DNA of 64,000 nt from a virus (Duplodnaviria > Caudoviricetes), in IMG/VR virus record IMGVR_UViG_3300028048_000060, positions 1-64,000 of that record, one strand, 5' to 3'. The translations under genes and the position numbers were made by a program. The notes under the pieces are model-generated. The model worked only from the letters and a program-made list of their open reading frames with translations, did no database searches and was not told the DNA's origin. Positions 27,140-35,755 of this stretch are shown here, piece after piece; the stretch's first letter is position 1, and each line of letters starts with the position of its first letter.

Positions 27140-27706
27140 ATGTTTAATCCAGTAATTATTGAAAAATTTGCTAAGAATGTTCATACTTTTGATATTGATA
27201 CTAAGTTATTCCAAAACAGAATTATCTACTTTAATGGTGAGGTTAATTCCTTAACATCTAAGGAGACTGTTACTCAGTTACTTTACTTAGACTCTGTTAG
27301 TAATGAAGATATCAATATCTACATCAACTCCGAAGGTGGAAGTATTAGTGATGGTTTAGCTATCATAGACACTATTAACTCTTTGAATTCTAAGGTTAAT
27401 ACTTTTGGTCTTGGAATGTGTGCTAGTATGGGAAGTGTTCTGTTAGTCTCAGGAACAGGAATCAGAAAGTGTACTAAGAACTGTCAGATTTTACTTCATA
27501 GTGCTTCATCTTATAATGGAGTTTCAAATGTTCATGAGGCAAAAGTAGACTTTGAGCACTTAAAGAAAATGAATGAACTTACAATGGATATTATCTGTAA
27601 CAGAAGTAATTTCTCTAAGGAAGAACTCGAGACTTTAACTAAGTTTGATTACTGGATTGGTGCTGAGGAAGCATTATCAAAAGGAATTGTTGATGAAATA
27701 ATATAA
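27140..27706 (+). CDS. clpP: ClpP-family serine protease
   Basis: LFQNRIIYFNG, YINSEGG, GMCASMG (Ser), ILLH (His), DYWIGAEEA (Asp); TTGTTA-17-TATAAT promoter at 27044-27072. Confidence 0.9.
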   Translation: MFNPVIIEKFAKNVHTFDIDTKLFQNRIIYFNGEVNSLTSKETVTQLLYLDSVSNEDINIYINSEGGSISDGLAIIDTINSLNSKVNTFGLGMCASMGSVLLVSGTGIRKCTKNCQILLHSASSYNGVSNVHEAKVDFEHLKKMNELTMDIICNRSNFSKEELETLTKFDYWIGAEEALSKGIVDEII

Positions 27707-27709
27707 ATA
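27702..27709 (+). promoter_or_regulatory. late promoter
   Basis: TATAAATA. Confidence 0.75.
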
Positions 27710-27736
27710 TCAACAAAACTAATATAAGGAAGAAAC

Positions 27737-30403
27737 ATGCGTAAATTTAGAGATTACTTATCCGAACAGTCTGAAAAGTCTAATCTTCAGACTGGATTTG
27801 GGAGAACAGGGCTTTTAACAGAAGCATCTTTTAAGATTGAAGACTTAAAGAAAGTAGCCAGTAACATTGGTTCACTCTTAGGAAAGGGTCTTGGAGGAGC
27901 ATTTAAGGTTTGGACCACTGAAAACTTTGAACGAGACAATGAAAGAGGACAGGGTGTAAGACTCTTAAATGCTAAGGGATATGGTCTAAGACTTAACTTT
28001 AGCGATAAAATCAATGGCTTTGCTAATAATAAGTCAGTAGTTTTAAGTTCCGTTGACTTCTGGGAAGCAGGTAATGTCGACTTAGAGTGTCCAGATGTAA
28101 CTTGTAGATTTAATCAGGAAGTTAACATCATCCAGATTTGGAACAAGTTAAGTGATATTATCTTCAATAAGAAATATGGAAAATACACTGCAAACGAACT
28201 TGGTGCAACTCCTGTTAATGAAGATATCGCCAAAGGCTCTATTCGAACCAGAAAGGATTTCTTAGCGTCTAAGGGAATCGCTCAATGGAGAGGTGAAAGC
28301 CCTGATAAGTTTAATTCAGCTATTGCTCAGGGTGGATACGAAGCAGAATGGAATGCTTATGTAGCACAAGTAGAACCAGGAAGACCTGAAACTAACTCTA
28401 CTGAAGAAAGAATGAAGAGAGCAGAAACTAAGTTAAAAGAAACTAAGTTTGCTGACCCTGATGTTATCTTCAAAGACTTAGTTACTTTGACTAAGATGTT
28501 TAAGTCAGGAAAGAGAAAACTTTTAACAGTTTGTGGCCAAGGTGGATTGGGTAAGTGCATAGACGTTGATACTTTGATTGCTACTCCAAATGGGTATTTA
28601 AGAGCAGGTGATATCAAGGTAGGAGACACAGTATTCACCCATAAGAACACTGTAGCCAATGTGTTAGAAGTTTATCCACAGTCTCAGAAGAAGGAATGTT
28701 ATAAGGTCACTCTGAGTGATGGAAGAAGCGTTATCGCAGATGAAGAACAGTTATTCAATGTTAAGATTAACAAATTGAACCAGGATTCAAATGCAGGTAA
28801 GTTTAAAAATGTTATGTTAAAGGATATCATTGAAGCCTTTAATGAACAGAAGAATCAACTTATCTCTGAAGGTAAGTGGGATTGTAATAATCCTAAATCA
28901 ACTCATATCTTCTTCCCAGTTCCTGAAGCAGTTGAGTATGAAAAGAAAGATGTTGAGATCGACCCATATATGTTAGGTCTCCTTATCGGTGATGGTGGAA
29001 TGACCGCAGGAGTTTCTTTCTCAAACAATGATGAAAATACAATCAACTGGTTAAAGGAACATATCGAAAAGGAATATCCTGGATTTTCTTTAAAGTATGC
29101 TTCAGGAGTAGATTATAATATCACTCGTGATAACTATAATCCTAAGGGAAAGACAATGGATGAAAACAGAAACATCATTAAGTCAAAGTTAAACTCACTT
29201 GGCTTAATGGGTTCAAACTCATTCACTAAGTTTATTCCTGATGTTTATAAGTTCAATGATATTGAAACCCGAATGGAACTCGTAAGAGGTTTGATGGATA
29301 CAGATGGTTACATTGCATCAAAAGGAAATTCATCATATTGCACTGCTTCAGAAAGATTAGCAAATGACTTTGCTGAAATCATTCGTTCATTAGGCGGAAA
29401 GGCTAGAATCTTTGTTAAAAATATAACTTATAAAGACTCAGTTAAGCATTATTTTGATGTAAATTTTGTCCTTCCATTTAAGATGGGTTCTGTTGTTAAG
29501 AACAATGCTCTTAAAGTAGAACGTTATAATAAGAGATTATCAGGAAAGGAATTCTTTAAGAAACTCACTGTTGCTGATATCCAGCCAGTTGGATTAAGAG
29601 ACACAGTATGCTTCCTTATTGATGACCCAGACCACTTATTTGTAACTTCCGAGTTTATGGTTGTTCACAATACGTACGAGATTTATCACACCTTGAGTGA
29701 CATGTTTGGTGCAAGTCCTAATAAGGAATGGATTTATATTCCTGCAGGAAAGTTCACAACCTTACAGTTCTATCAAGAAGTGTTTATGGCACGTGACAGA
29801 ATTATCTGTTTTGATGAAGCAGATAACTTAGTTAAGAATGACCAAATTGTTACTATGTTAAAACCTGCACTCGATACTTCAGGAGACAATCAGTTCACTT
29901 ACAACACTGGAACTAAGCGTATGACTGATATGTCTAAGAAACAGGTTGAAGAGTATTGTGAGCTTTGTGATGATGCTTTAGACCAGGGCGTTCCATTTGC
30001 AGTTGGTAAGCGTTTCGGAAGAAAGGATAACATCATTGGCTATGAAGGATTTAGCGAAGACGATCCTGCTACTGGCGTATGGTTACCAAGTAGATTCTTC
30101 TTCACTGGTAAGATGATTTTAATATCTAATCTTCCATTAAAGGAAATTGATAGTGCTCTTAGAACAAGAGGTCCTGCTATGGATATTACTCTTACACTCC
30201 AGGGTAAGATTAAGAGAATTGAAACAGTACTCAAGAATATGGGTCATAGTCCTGATACTGTCGCTGAAATTATCGAGCAATTAGAAAAACAGGATGACCC
30301 TGAACTGATTTCAATCAGAACAGCAGTAGCTTATATTGACTTTATGTCCAGTGGATTTGTAACTAGACAGGAAGCCGCAAGACTTTCTGCTTGCTATGGT
30401 TAA
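27737..30403 (+). CDS. late P-loop ATPase containing an intein
   Basis: Walker A GQGGLGK|T interrupted by an intein; Walker B IICFDEAD; FFFTGKMILISN...ALRTR; MRKFRDYLSE leader. Confidence 0.85.
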   Translation: MRKFRDYLSEQSEKSNLQTGFGRTGLLTEASFKIEDLKKVASNIGSLLGKGLGGAFKVWTTENFERDNERGQGVRLLNAKGYGLRLNFSDKINGFANNKSVVLSSVDFWEAGNVDLECPDVTCRFNQEVNIIQIWNKLSDIIFNKKYGKYTANELGATPVNEDIAKGSIRTRKDFLASKGIAQWRGESPDKFNSAIAQGGYEAEWNAYVAQVEPGRPETNSTEERMKRAETKLKETKFADPDVIFKDLVTLTKMFKSGKRKLLTVCGQGGLGKCIDVDTLIATPNGYLRAGDIKVGDTVFTHKNTVANVLEVYPQSQKKECYKVTLSDGRSVIADEEQLFNVKINKLNQDSNAGKFKNVMLKDIIEAFNEQKNQLISEGKWDCNNPKSTHIFFPVPEAVEYEKKDVEIDPYMLGLLIGDGGMTAGVSFSNNDENTINWLKEHIEKEYPGFSLKYASGVDYNITRDNYNPKGKTMDENRNIIKSKLNSLGLMGSNSFTKFIPDVYKFNDIETRMELVRGLMDTDGYIASKGNSSYCTASERLANDFAEIIRSLGGKARIFVKNITYKDSVKHYFDVNFVLPFKMGSVVKNNALKVERYNKRLSGKEFFKKLTVADIQPVGLRDTVCFLIDDPDHLFVTSEFMVVHNTYEIYHTLSDMFGASPNKEWIYIPAGKFTTLQFYQEVFMARDRIICFDEADNLVKNDQIVTMLKPALDTSGDNQFTYNTGTKRMTDMSKKQVEEYCELCDDALDQGVPFAVGKRFGRKDNIIGYEGFSEDDPATGVWLPSRFFFTGKMILISNLPLKEIDSALRTRGPAMDITLTLQGKIKRIETVLKNMGHSPDTVAEIIEQLEKQDDPELISIRTAVAYIDFMSSGFVTRQEAARLSACYG
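28556..29671 (+). mobile_element. cis-splicing intein with LAGLIDADG homing endonuclease (372 aa)
   Basis: Starts CIDVDT, ends FMVVHN, Thr+1; LAGLIDADG motifs PYMLGLLIGDG and LVRGLMDTDG. Confidence 0.93.
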
Positions 30404-30431
30404 TTTAAAATCTTAAAATCTTTATAGAATT

Positions 30432-30458
30432 AAAAGTCCTCCTTGAGAGGACTTTTTT
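30432..30458 (+). terminator. intrinsic terminator
   Basis: AAAAGTCCTC-CTTGA-GAGGACTTTTTT. Confidence 0.8.
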
Positions 30459-30519
30459 ATTGAAAAATAAAATAATATATCTTATTATATAAAGATATAA
30501 TATTAAAAGAGGAATTTAG

Positions 30520-30894
30520 ATGGAAACAGAAATCAGACAAAAGATGAATGCTTTAAACTTAGAAATAGAAGAAGTTAGAGCAAAGATGTCTAAACTCTCA
30601 GATGACTTAACTAGACTGACATATGGGGATGCGGGGTTTGAGGAACTTTCACATGAGAAAGTGATGAAACTTTTAAATGATGGAAAGGTCTTAGAGACTC
30701 CTTGGGATAATTTTATCTTTAAAGACTTTAGTACTCAGAAAATAAGAGAAATAAATATTCACAAAGAACAGGATAGTTTTGAAGTAAGACTCTATAACTC
30801 ACAAAAAGACATAAAGGAAACAAACTGGATTAAAGAAGCTAAAAATCCTGAAATGATAAAATTACTTTATTCTATAAGAGAATTAGAAATTTAA
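30520..30894 (+). CDS. hypothetical protein
   Basis: RBS GAGG; N-terminal coiled coil. Confidence 0.6.
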   Translation: METEIRQKMNALNLEIEEVRAKMSKLSDDLTRLTYGDAGFEELSHEKVMKLLNDGKVLETPWDNFIFKDFSTQKIREINIHKEQDSFEVRLYNSQKDIKETNWIKEAKNPEMIKLLYSIRELEI

Positions 30895-30944
30895 ACTTAG
30901 ATAGGGAGACTTTAAAGTCTCCCAATTTTATTTTGTTTAAAAAA

Positions 30945-30997
30945 TTTGAGTTAAACTCAAAAAAATCCTTGATTTTCTTTCTAAGATACATTATAAT
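30945..30997 (+). promoter_or_regulatory. early promoter with upstream palindrome
   Basis: TTTGAGTT-A-AACTCAAA, then TTGATT-17-TATAAT-AATAAACATAG. Confidence 0.85.
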
Positions 30998-31032
30998 AAT
31001 AAACATAGATAAGAGATTTGGAGAGAAAAGAT

Positions 31033-31251
31033 ATGAAGTACACAGTTGAATTTGATATTAAAGACTTTGAGTTTTGGTCAGGTGGTAAAGATACTTTTGA
31101 GGAGTATGTGCGTCAGGACAGATTATCAGAACTCGAACAGATGATCGAAGAAAGATTTTACATGACCACACCAACAAAGACAGAAATCAATGACTTTGTA
31201 TGGTTTGATGAAAGAGTAAATTCTATTTTTGACGAAGAAGACGAAGAATAA
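31033..31251 (+). CDS. hypothetical acidic protein
   Basis: FEFWSGGKDT...PTKTEINDFVWFD; RBS GGAG. Confidence 0.65.
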   Translation: MKYTVEFDIKDFEFWSGGKDTFEEYVRQDRLSELEQMIEERFYMTTPTKTEINDFVWFDERVNSIFDEEDEE

Positions 31252-31268
31252 TTTAAGGAGAAAAGATT

Positions 31269-31535
31269 ATGGCAAAGGTTAAAGCACCAAAGGTTTACAA
31301 AGTAAAGATTTCAAAGTGCTCAATTTCAAGAAGTTCAGAACGTTTCACCGAAGGAACCTTAGAAGAACTTACTAAGTACTTTGGATACACACTGGAAGTT
31401 GGTAATTCCTGGAACTCTAAGATTAACACTAAGCCAAAGACCATTAAGTCTTTAATTTCAAACGTTCAGAAGTCAGTTGATGTTATCAATGGTAACACTT
31501 ACACTTCTGAAACAGTTGAACTTGTATCTGAGTGA
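31269..31535 (+). CDS. hypothetical protein
   Basis: EGTLEEL..YFGYTLEVG.SW...IN..PKTIKSL; strong RBS. Confidence 0.7.
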   Translation: MAKVKAPKVYKVKISKCSISRSSERFTEGTLEELTKYFGYTLEVGNSWNSKINTKPKTIKSLISNVQKSVDVINGNTYTSETVELVSE

Positions 31536-31801
31536 GGACTAAGATGAGAGATTTAACTTTAAGTTTTATTAAAAGACATTGTTTAGAAGATTCCTCAGAT
31601 GCTTTTAAGGAAGGTTTAGACTGTTTCTTTGAAAACTTAGAGACTAACCTTCCAAGACTGAGTATTAAAGAACTTTCAGAACATATTAAAGACCGAATGG
31701 AAAGGGCAAGACAAAACTTTTTTAATGCTCCTTTAGGAAGTGGCGAGCGAGAATTCCAGAGAGGATTTATCGTCGCTTGCTGTTTTTATCTTGGCATTTA
31801 G
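31532..31801 (+). CDS. hypothetical protein
   Basis: GTGA overlap with upstream gene. Confidence 0.5.
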   Translation: MRTKMRDLTLSFIKRHCLEDSSDAFKEGLDCFFENLETNLPRLSIKELSEHIKDRMERARQNFFNAPLGSGEREFQRGFIVACCFYLGI

Positions 31802-31843
31802 TTAAACTCAAGGAGACTTATAAATACATTAAAAAGTCTCCTT

Positions 31844-32047
31844 ATGCTCATAAAGAAAACCTTTACCTTTAAGGGAAAGACATTTATTTGCTCTAAAATG
31901 TCCTTAGAATACTATAATAACTGTTATGGTATTATCGAATTAAAGAATCCTAGAGAGGATTCTTCCATCGTATTCTTAGACTATGATTCTAAGAGTATTA
32001 CAGAATGCATTAAAAAATTCAAAACAACCAAACGTTCTCAGTCCTAA
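31844..32047 (+). CDS. hypothetical protein
   Basis: Short ORF, no clear RBS, follows a hairpin whose loop contains TATAAATA. Confidence 0.3.
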   Translation: MLIKKTFTFKGKTFICSKMSLEYYNNCYGIIELKNPREDSSIVFLDYDSKSITECIKKFKTTKRSQS

Positions 32048-32108
32048 ACTGCATAACTGACCAGTTCCACTTAAATACATAAATAGACTTAAAAGAAAGG
32101 ATTTATTT

Positions 32109-32465
32109 ATGTCATTTTCATCTAATAAATTATACGAAGACTTTGAGACGCCATCTAAGACTGTCTTCGATATAGAAGCGATAAGGAACTCAATTAAGAA
32201 CATTTTACTAACTCCTGTTGGGACAATGCCCGGAAAGCCAACATTTGGTTCAAGACTGTTGGAAGTTCCATTTAGCCAAAATGACTTAGCTACAAGAGTC
32301 TTGGTGTCTAGAATTATTTGGGAAGCCTTAGCAGAAAATGAACCAAGAGTAACAGTGTCAAATGTGAGTTTTACACAGAAAGGAAATACTTTTGTTGCTA
32401 AGATAATTTTTAAGTTTAAAGACTCTTCCCTTTCAGGGTCTGTTTCTGTTGATTTAAACTCTTAG
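32109..32465 (+). CDS. gp25: baseplate wedge protein (gp25-like)
   Basis: AIRNSIKNILLTPVG..PGKPTFGS.L...F...EPRV. Confidence 0.9.
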   Translation: MSFSSNKLYEDFETPSKTVFDIEAIRNSIKNILLTPVGTMPGKPTFGSRLLEVPFSQNDLATRVLVSRIIWEALAENEPRVTVSNVSFTQKGNTFVAKIIFKFKDSSLSGSVSVDLNS

Positions 32466-32483
32466 TTTAAGAAAGGATTACAA

Positions 32484-35400
32484 ATGCAAACAATTCCATT
32501 TAACTTTGATGACCTTTATTCCAATGCTAAAGAACTTTTAAAGCAAACAGGGTTTGATGTAAATGAAGGGTCTAATACATCTCAGTTGTGTGCTATCATG
32601 GCATACATAGCATCCTGTTTGAATTCTAATACATCTTTTAATATAAACGAGACTTTATTGCCTTTTGCTACTAAGAGAAAGAATATTTTACAAGATGCAA
32701 GGGTCTTAGGATACGAACCAGTCCATAAACTGAGTTACATCTACACAGCAGAAATTACTCTTAGTGATAAGTTCATTGGCTTTGGAACTTTAACCATTCC
32801 TAAACTGAGCTATATCACAGCTAATGGATTAAAATACTACCTTTGGGATTACACTAAGGATGTAGTAGTCAACCTTGGAAGCATAGTAGTTGATGATAAT
32901 ACTTTAAATCCTGATTTAATTTCAACAAAACAGAATGAACTCAAAGTCTTAGACTTTAATGATATAGACTCTTATAGTACATTTTATTATTTCTCAAACA
33001 ATGTTCCTGTTCTTCAGATTCCTAAGGCTAAGTTGAAGAGTGCATGGAATTTAGCTAAAAATTCCTTTGAAAAGACCTTTTCTCTTAGAGTTACTGAAGG
33101 AAATGTATTTAAGTATTATAGCGATGAAAATGAAAATGCTCTTAAAAGAACACTAAGAACAGTTCAGGAAGGAGAGAACACTGTTGTTTATCAGTACATC
33201 GATATCCCTTATACTGATATCGAAGATAATGGTATCCAGTGCTTTGTAGATTATTATGATGAAGAAGGAAATCTGAATAATGATGTTCCTTTTACAAGAA
33301 CAGAAGACTACTTCTTTGAAGATGATGGGAACAGTGTCCTTAGTAATCATTTTCTAAGATTAGATGATATTGAAATGAATACTCCAAGAGTATACTTCCA
33401 GTATGCAGGAATGGGAAAAGGATTACCTTCTGATTCTGTTGTGAAGTTTAATGTCTTAGAGTCTTCAGGTTCTAATGGAAGTGCAAATGGAGCAAAAGGA
33501 ACTTTAACTGGGCCTGAGGGAGAAGTCTTAGGAGACACCAGGAACTGGAGAAGTGATGTCTTAGCAGAGTCTTCTATAACTATGTCCTTAGAAAGAACAG
33601 GAAGAGACTCAGAATCTAATGAAAGTATAAAAGCATCTGCATCTAGAACATTTAATAGTGCTAGAAGACTTATTACTAACTTAGACTTTCAAAGTGCTTG
33701 TAATAGACATCCAGGAGTCGAAGAAAGTTCTGTTTGGGGAGGAGAAGACGAGTTTCCGAGAGCCCCAGGCCATGTTTGGTTCAGTTTACTTAAACCAAAT
33801 GACTCAGGTTTCTTAGAGTCAAACTCAGGAGACTGTTATATCAGAGAGAACACTGAACTTCCAGTTAGTGAAGTAGATTTCTTTAATGATTATGAAACAA
33901 GAAAAGAATATTACTCTAAGAATTATCTTACAAGCGATTTTGTGAATAATGATGTTTTAAAGAGTCTTAAAAATAAATTTGTCCCTGGAATTACATTCCA
34001 TCACAGACAACCTTTATTTTTAGATTTCTATTATAAGATTAAACTCTTAAAGTATGACATGAGACAGGACGAAAAGTCTTTTCATTCTTTGATGTTTAAA
34101 GTCTTAGATAACTGTTTTAGAGGAAATGACTTAACTTTAGAGAAGTTCAATACAGAATACTTTAATTCTAATATCATAAAGAGACTGGATTATGCTATCT
34201 CAGATAAGTGTGGTTTTGAGAGTTCATTGGAAACTAAGTTAGTCTTAAATGAAAGGACCTTAGTAACTGAGAACTGGGACAGAAGATACAAGGATATCTA
34301 TGTTCCTTTGTGTGTTCCATTTGAGACCTATTTTGATAGTTTTGGATTCTTAGACTATACAAGACTCCCTAACATCGACACAGAGAACTTTGTTAAGTTT
34401 AGTTTTGAGACTGTTGTCAAGAATAAGACTAAGACTTTTGACTTATTGAAGGGGGACTTATTCACAGACTGGTCTTATATTCAGGAAGACCAGGACATTA
34501 GACGAGAAGTGATGAAGAGGTCTACTACATCTGTAAGTTACTCAGATTCTAATACAAGAATGTTCATGGCTCCAGTTAAAGTAAGAATGAAGTACACCTA
34601 TAAGATTAATTCCAGTGTTGACAAGTTAAAGTTAGGATTTATGTTAAGTCCTGACAATACTAAAGACCAAAGTTTTAATAACATTCAAGTCTTAGTCTTT
34701 AAGAACAAAAGAACAGTTAATGGAGTAACTAAGAAGTTTGATGGATACAGTAATAACTTAACTGCTAATTATGACTTACTGAAGAACATTTATGCTAATT
34801 CTAAGATTAAAAACTTAGATTCTTATATAAGAACATCAGATTCTGAGTTTATTTCTGTTATTGAACCAATTGTAAGTTCTTTTAATCAACAGATAGACAA
34901 CAACGAAGAACCATTCTCAGACAATTTCTTCTATGAACAGGATTCTAGAAATATTCTAAGACTGAGAACTGACTTAGTTGAATTTAATGAAGGAGATATT
35001 GTAGAAGTTAGATTTGAACGAACCTGTGGTTATTACTATCTGTTTAATGGAAACGAAAAGAAAATCTTAGTCCATCTGTTTGTTAATGGAGATTATGAAG
35101 GATTTAAGGTCTCAGGTTCAGGAATGACCTACAATGACGAGTATGATATTCTTCCTAAGGAAGTCTATGAAGCATGGAAAACTCATGAAGCAGACATCCA
35201 GGATGACACTATGTTCAATGATATCACTTTCAGTGACCCAAGGTCTTACTTAGTTACTGGTGACAGAAAATACATGGTGACTATAGAGCCAACTGGGACT
35301 GAGATGGAAACAGAACCGCATTATATGGCTTATAATGCAGATGGAACTATAACTGAAGTTTCAAGACTTATCAGAGAACTTTTGAAACAGGGCCAGACAT

Positions 35401-35744
35401 TTGACCAAATTTTTGAGGAACATCCTGAATACTTACAAGAATTAGAAGAATTAGAAACCCAGATTCCTGAAGGAAGAGATGATGAGTCTAATGAAAAGGT
35501 TTCATTCGGTCATTACTTAACAACAGAAGGTTACTTAGCTGATGATGACGAAGACATTTACAGTGGTCCAAAGGTAAGAGAATATAATGAAGCAATGTAT
35601 CTCTACAGTCCTTTAACAACTGATATGTTCAAAAGAAATGTTCTTCTTAATATAAAATACAATAGTTTAAACTTTAAACTTAGACAGAATGTCATTCCAA
35701 GACTTAGAAAGGTTGAGTTTATAAATGGAACTTCTGAATACTAA
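32484..35744 (+). CDS. gp6: baseplate wedge protein (gp6-like)
   Basis: EGSN..L...AY, NET.L..AT.R.NI...AR.LGY.P; ES.ESIK..A...R.IT..DF; WGGEDE. Confidence 0.88.
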   Translation: MQTIPFNFDDLYSNAKELLKQTGFDVNEGSNTSQLCAIMAYIASCLNSNTSFNINETLLPFATKRKNILQDARVLGYEPVHKLSYIYTAEITLSDKFIGFGTLTIPKLSYITANGLKYYLWDYTKDVVVNLGSIVVDDNTLNPDLISTKQNELKVLDFNDIDSYSTFYYFSNNVPVLQIPKAKLKSAWNLAKNSFEKTFSLRVTEGNVFKYYSDENENALKRTLRTVQEGENTVVYQYIDIPYTDIEDNGIQCFVDYYDEEGNLNNDVPFTRTEDYFFEDDGNSVLSNHFLRLDDIEMNTPRVYFQYAGMGKGLPSDSVVKFNVLESSGSNGSANGAKGTLTGPEGEVLGDTRNWRSDVLAESSITMSLERTGRDSESNESIKASASRTFNSARRLITNLDFQSACNRHPGVEESSVWGGEDEFPRAPGHVWFSLLKPNDSGFLESNSGDCYIRENTELPVSEVDFFNDYETRKEYYSKNYLTSDFVNNDVLKSLKNKFVPGITFHHRQPLFLDFYYKIKLLKYDMRQDEKSFHSLMFKVLDNCFRGNDLTLEKFNTEYFNSNIIKRLDYAISDKCGFESSLETKLVLNERTLVTENWDRRYKDIYVPLCVPFETYFDSFGFLDYTRLPNIDTENFVKFSFETVVKNKTKTFDLLKGDLFTDWSYIQEDQDIRREVMKRSTTSVSYSDSNTRMFMAPVKVRMKYTYKINSSVDKLKLGFMLSPDNTKDQSFNNIQVLVFKNKRTVNGVTKKFDGYSNNLTANYDLLKNIYANSKIKNLDSYIRTSDSEFISVIEPIVSSFNQQIDNNEEPFSDNFFYEQDSRNILRLRTDLVEFNEGDIVEVRFERTCGYYYLFNGNEKKILVHLFVNGDYEGFKVSGSGMTYNDEYDILPKEVYEAWKTHEADIQDDTMFNDITFSDPRSYLVTGDRKYMVTIEPTGTEMETEPHYMAYNADGTITEVSRLIRELLKQGQTFDQIFEEHPEYLQELEELETQIPEGRDDESNEKVSFGHYLTTEGYLADDDEDIYSGPKVREYNEAMYLYSPLTTDMFKRNVLLNIKYNSLNFKLRQNVIPRLRKVEFINGTSEY

Positions 35745-35755
35745 GGAAATTAAAA

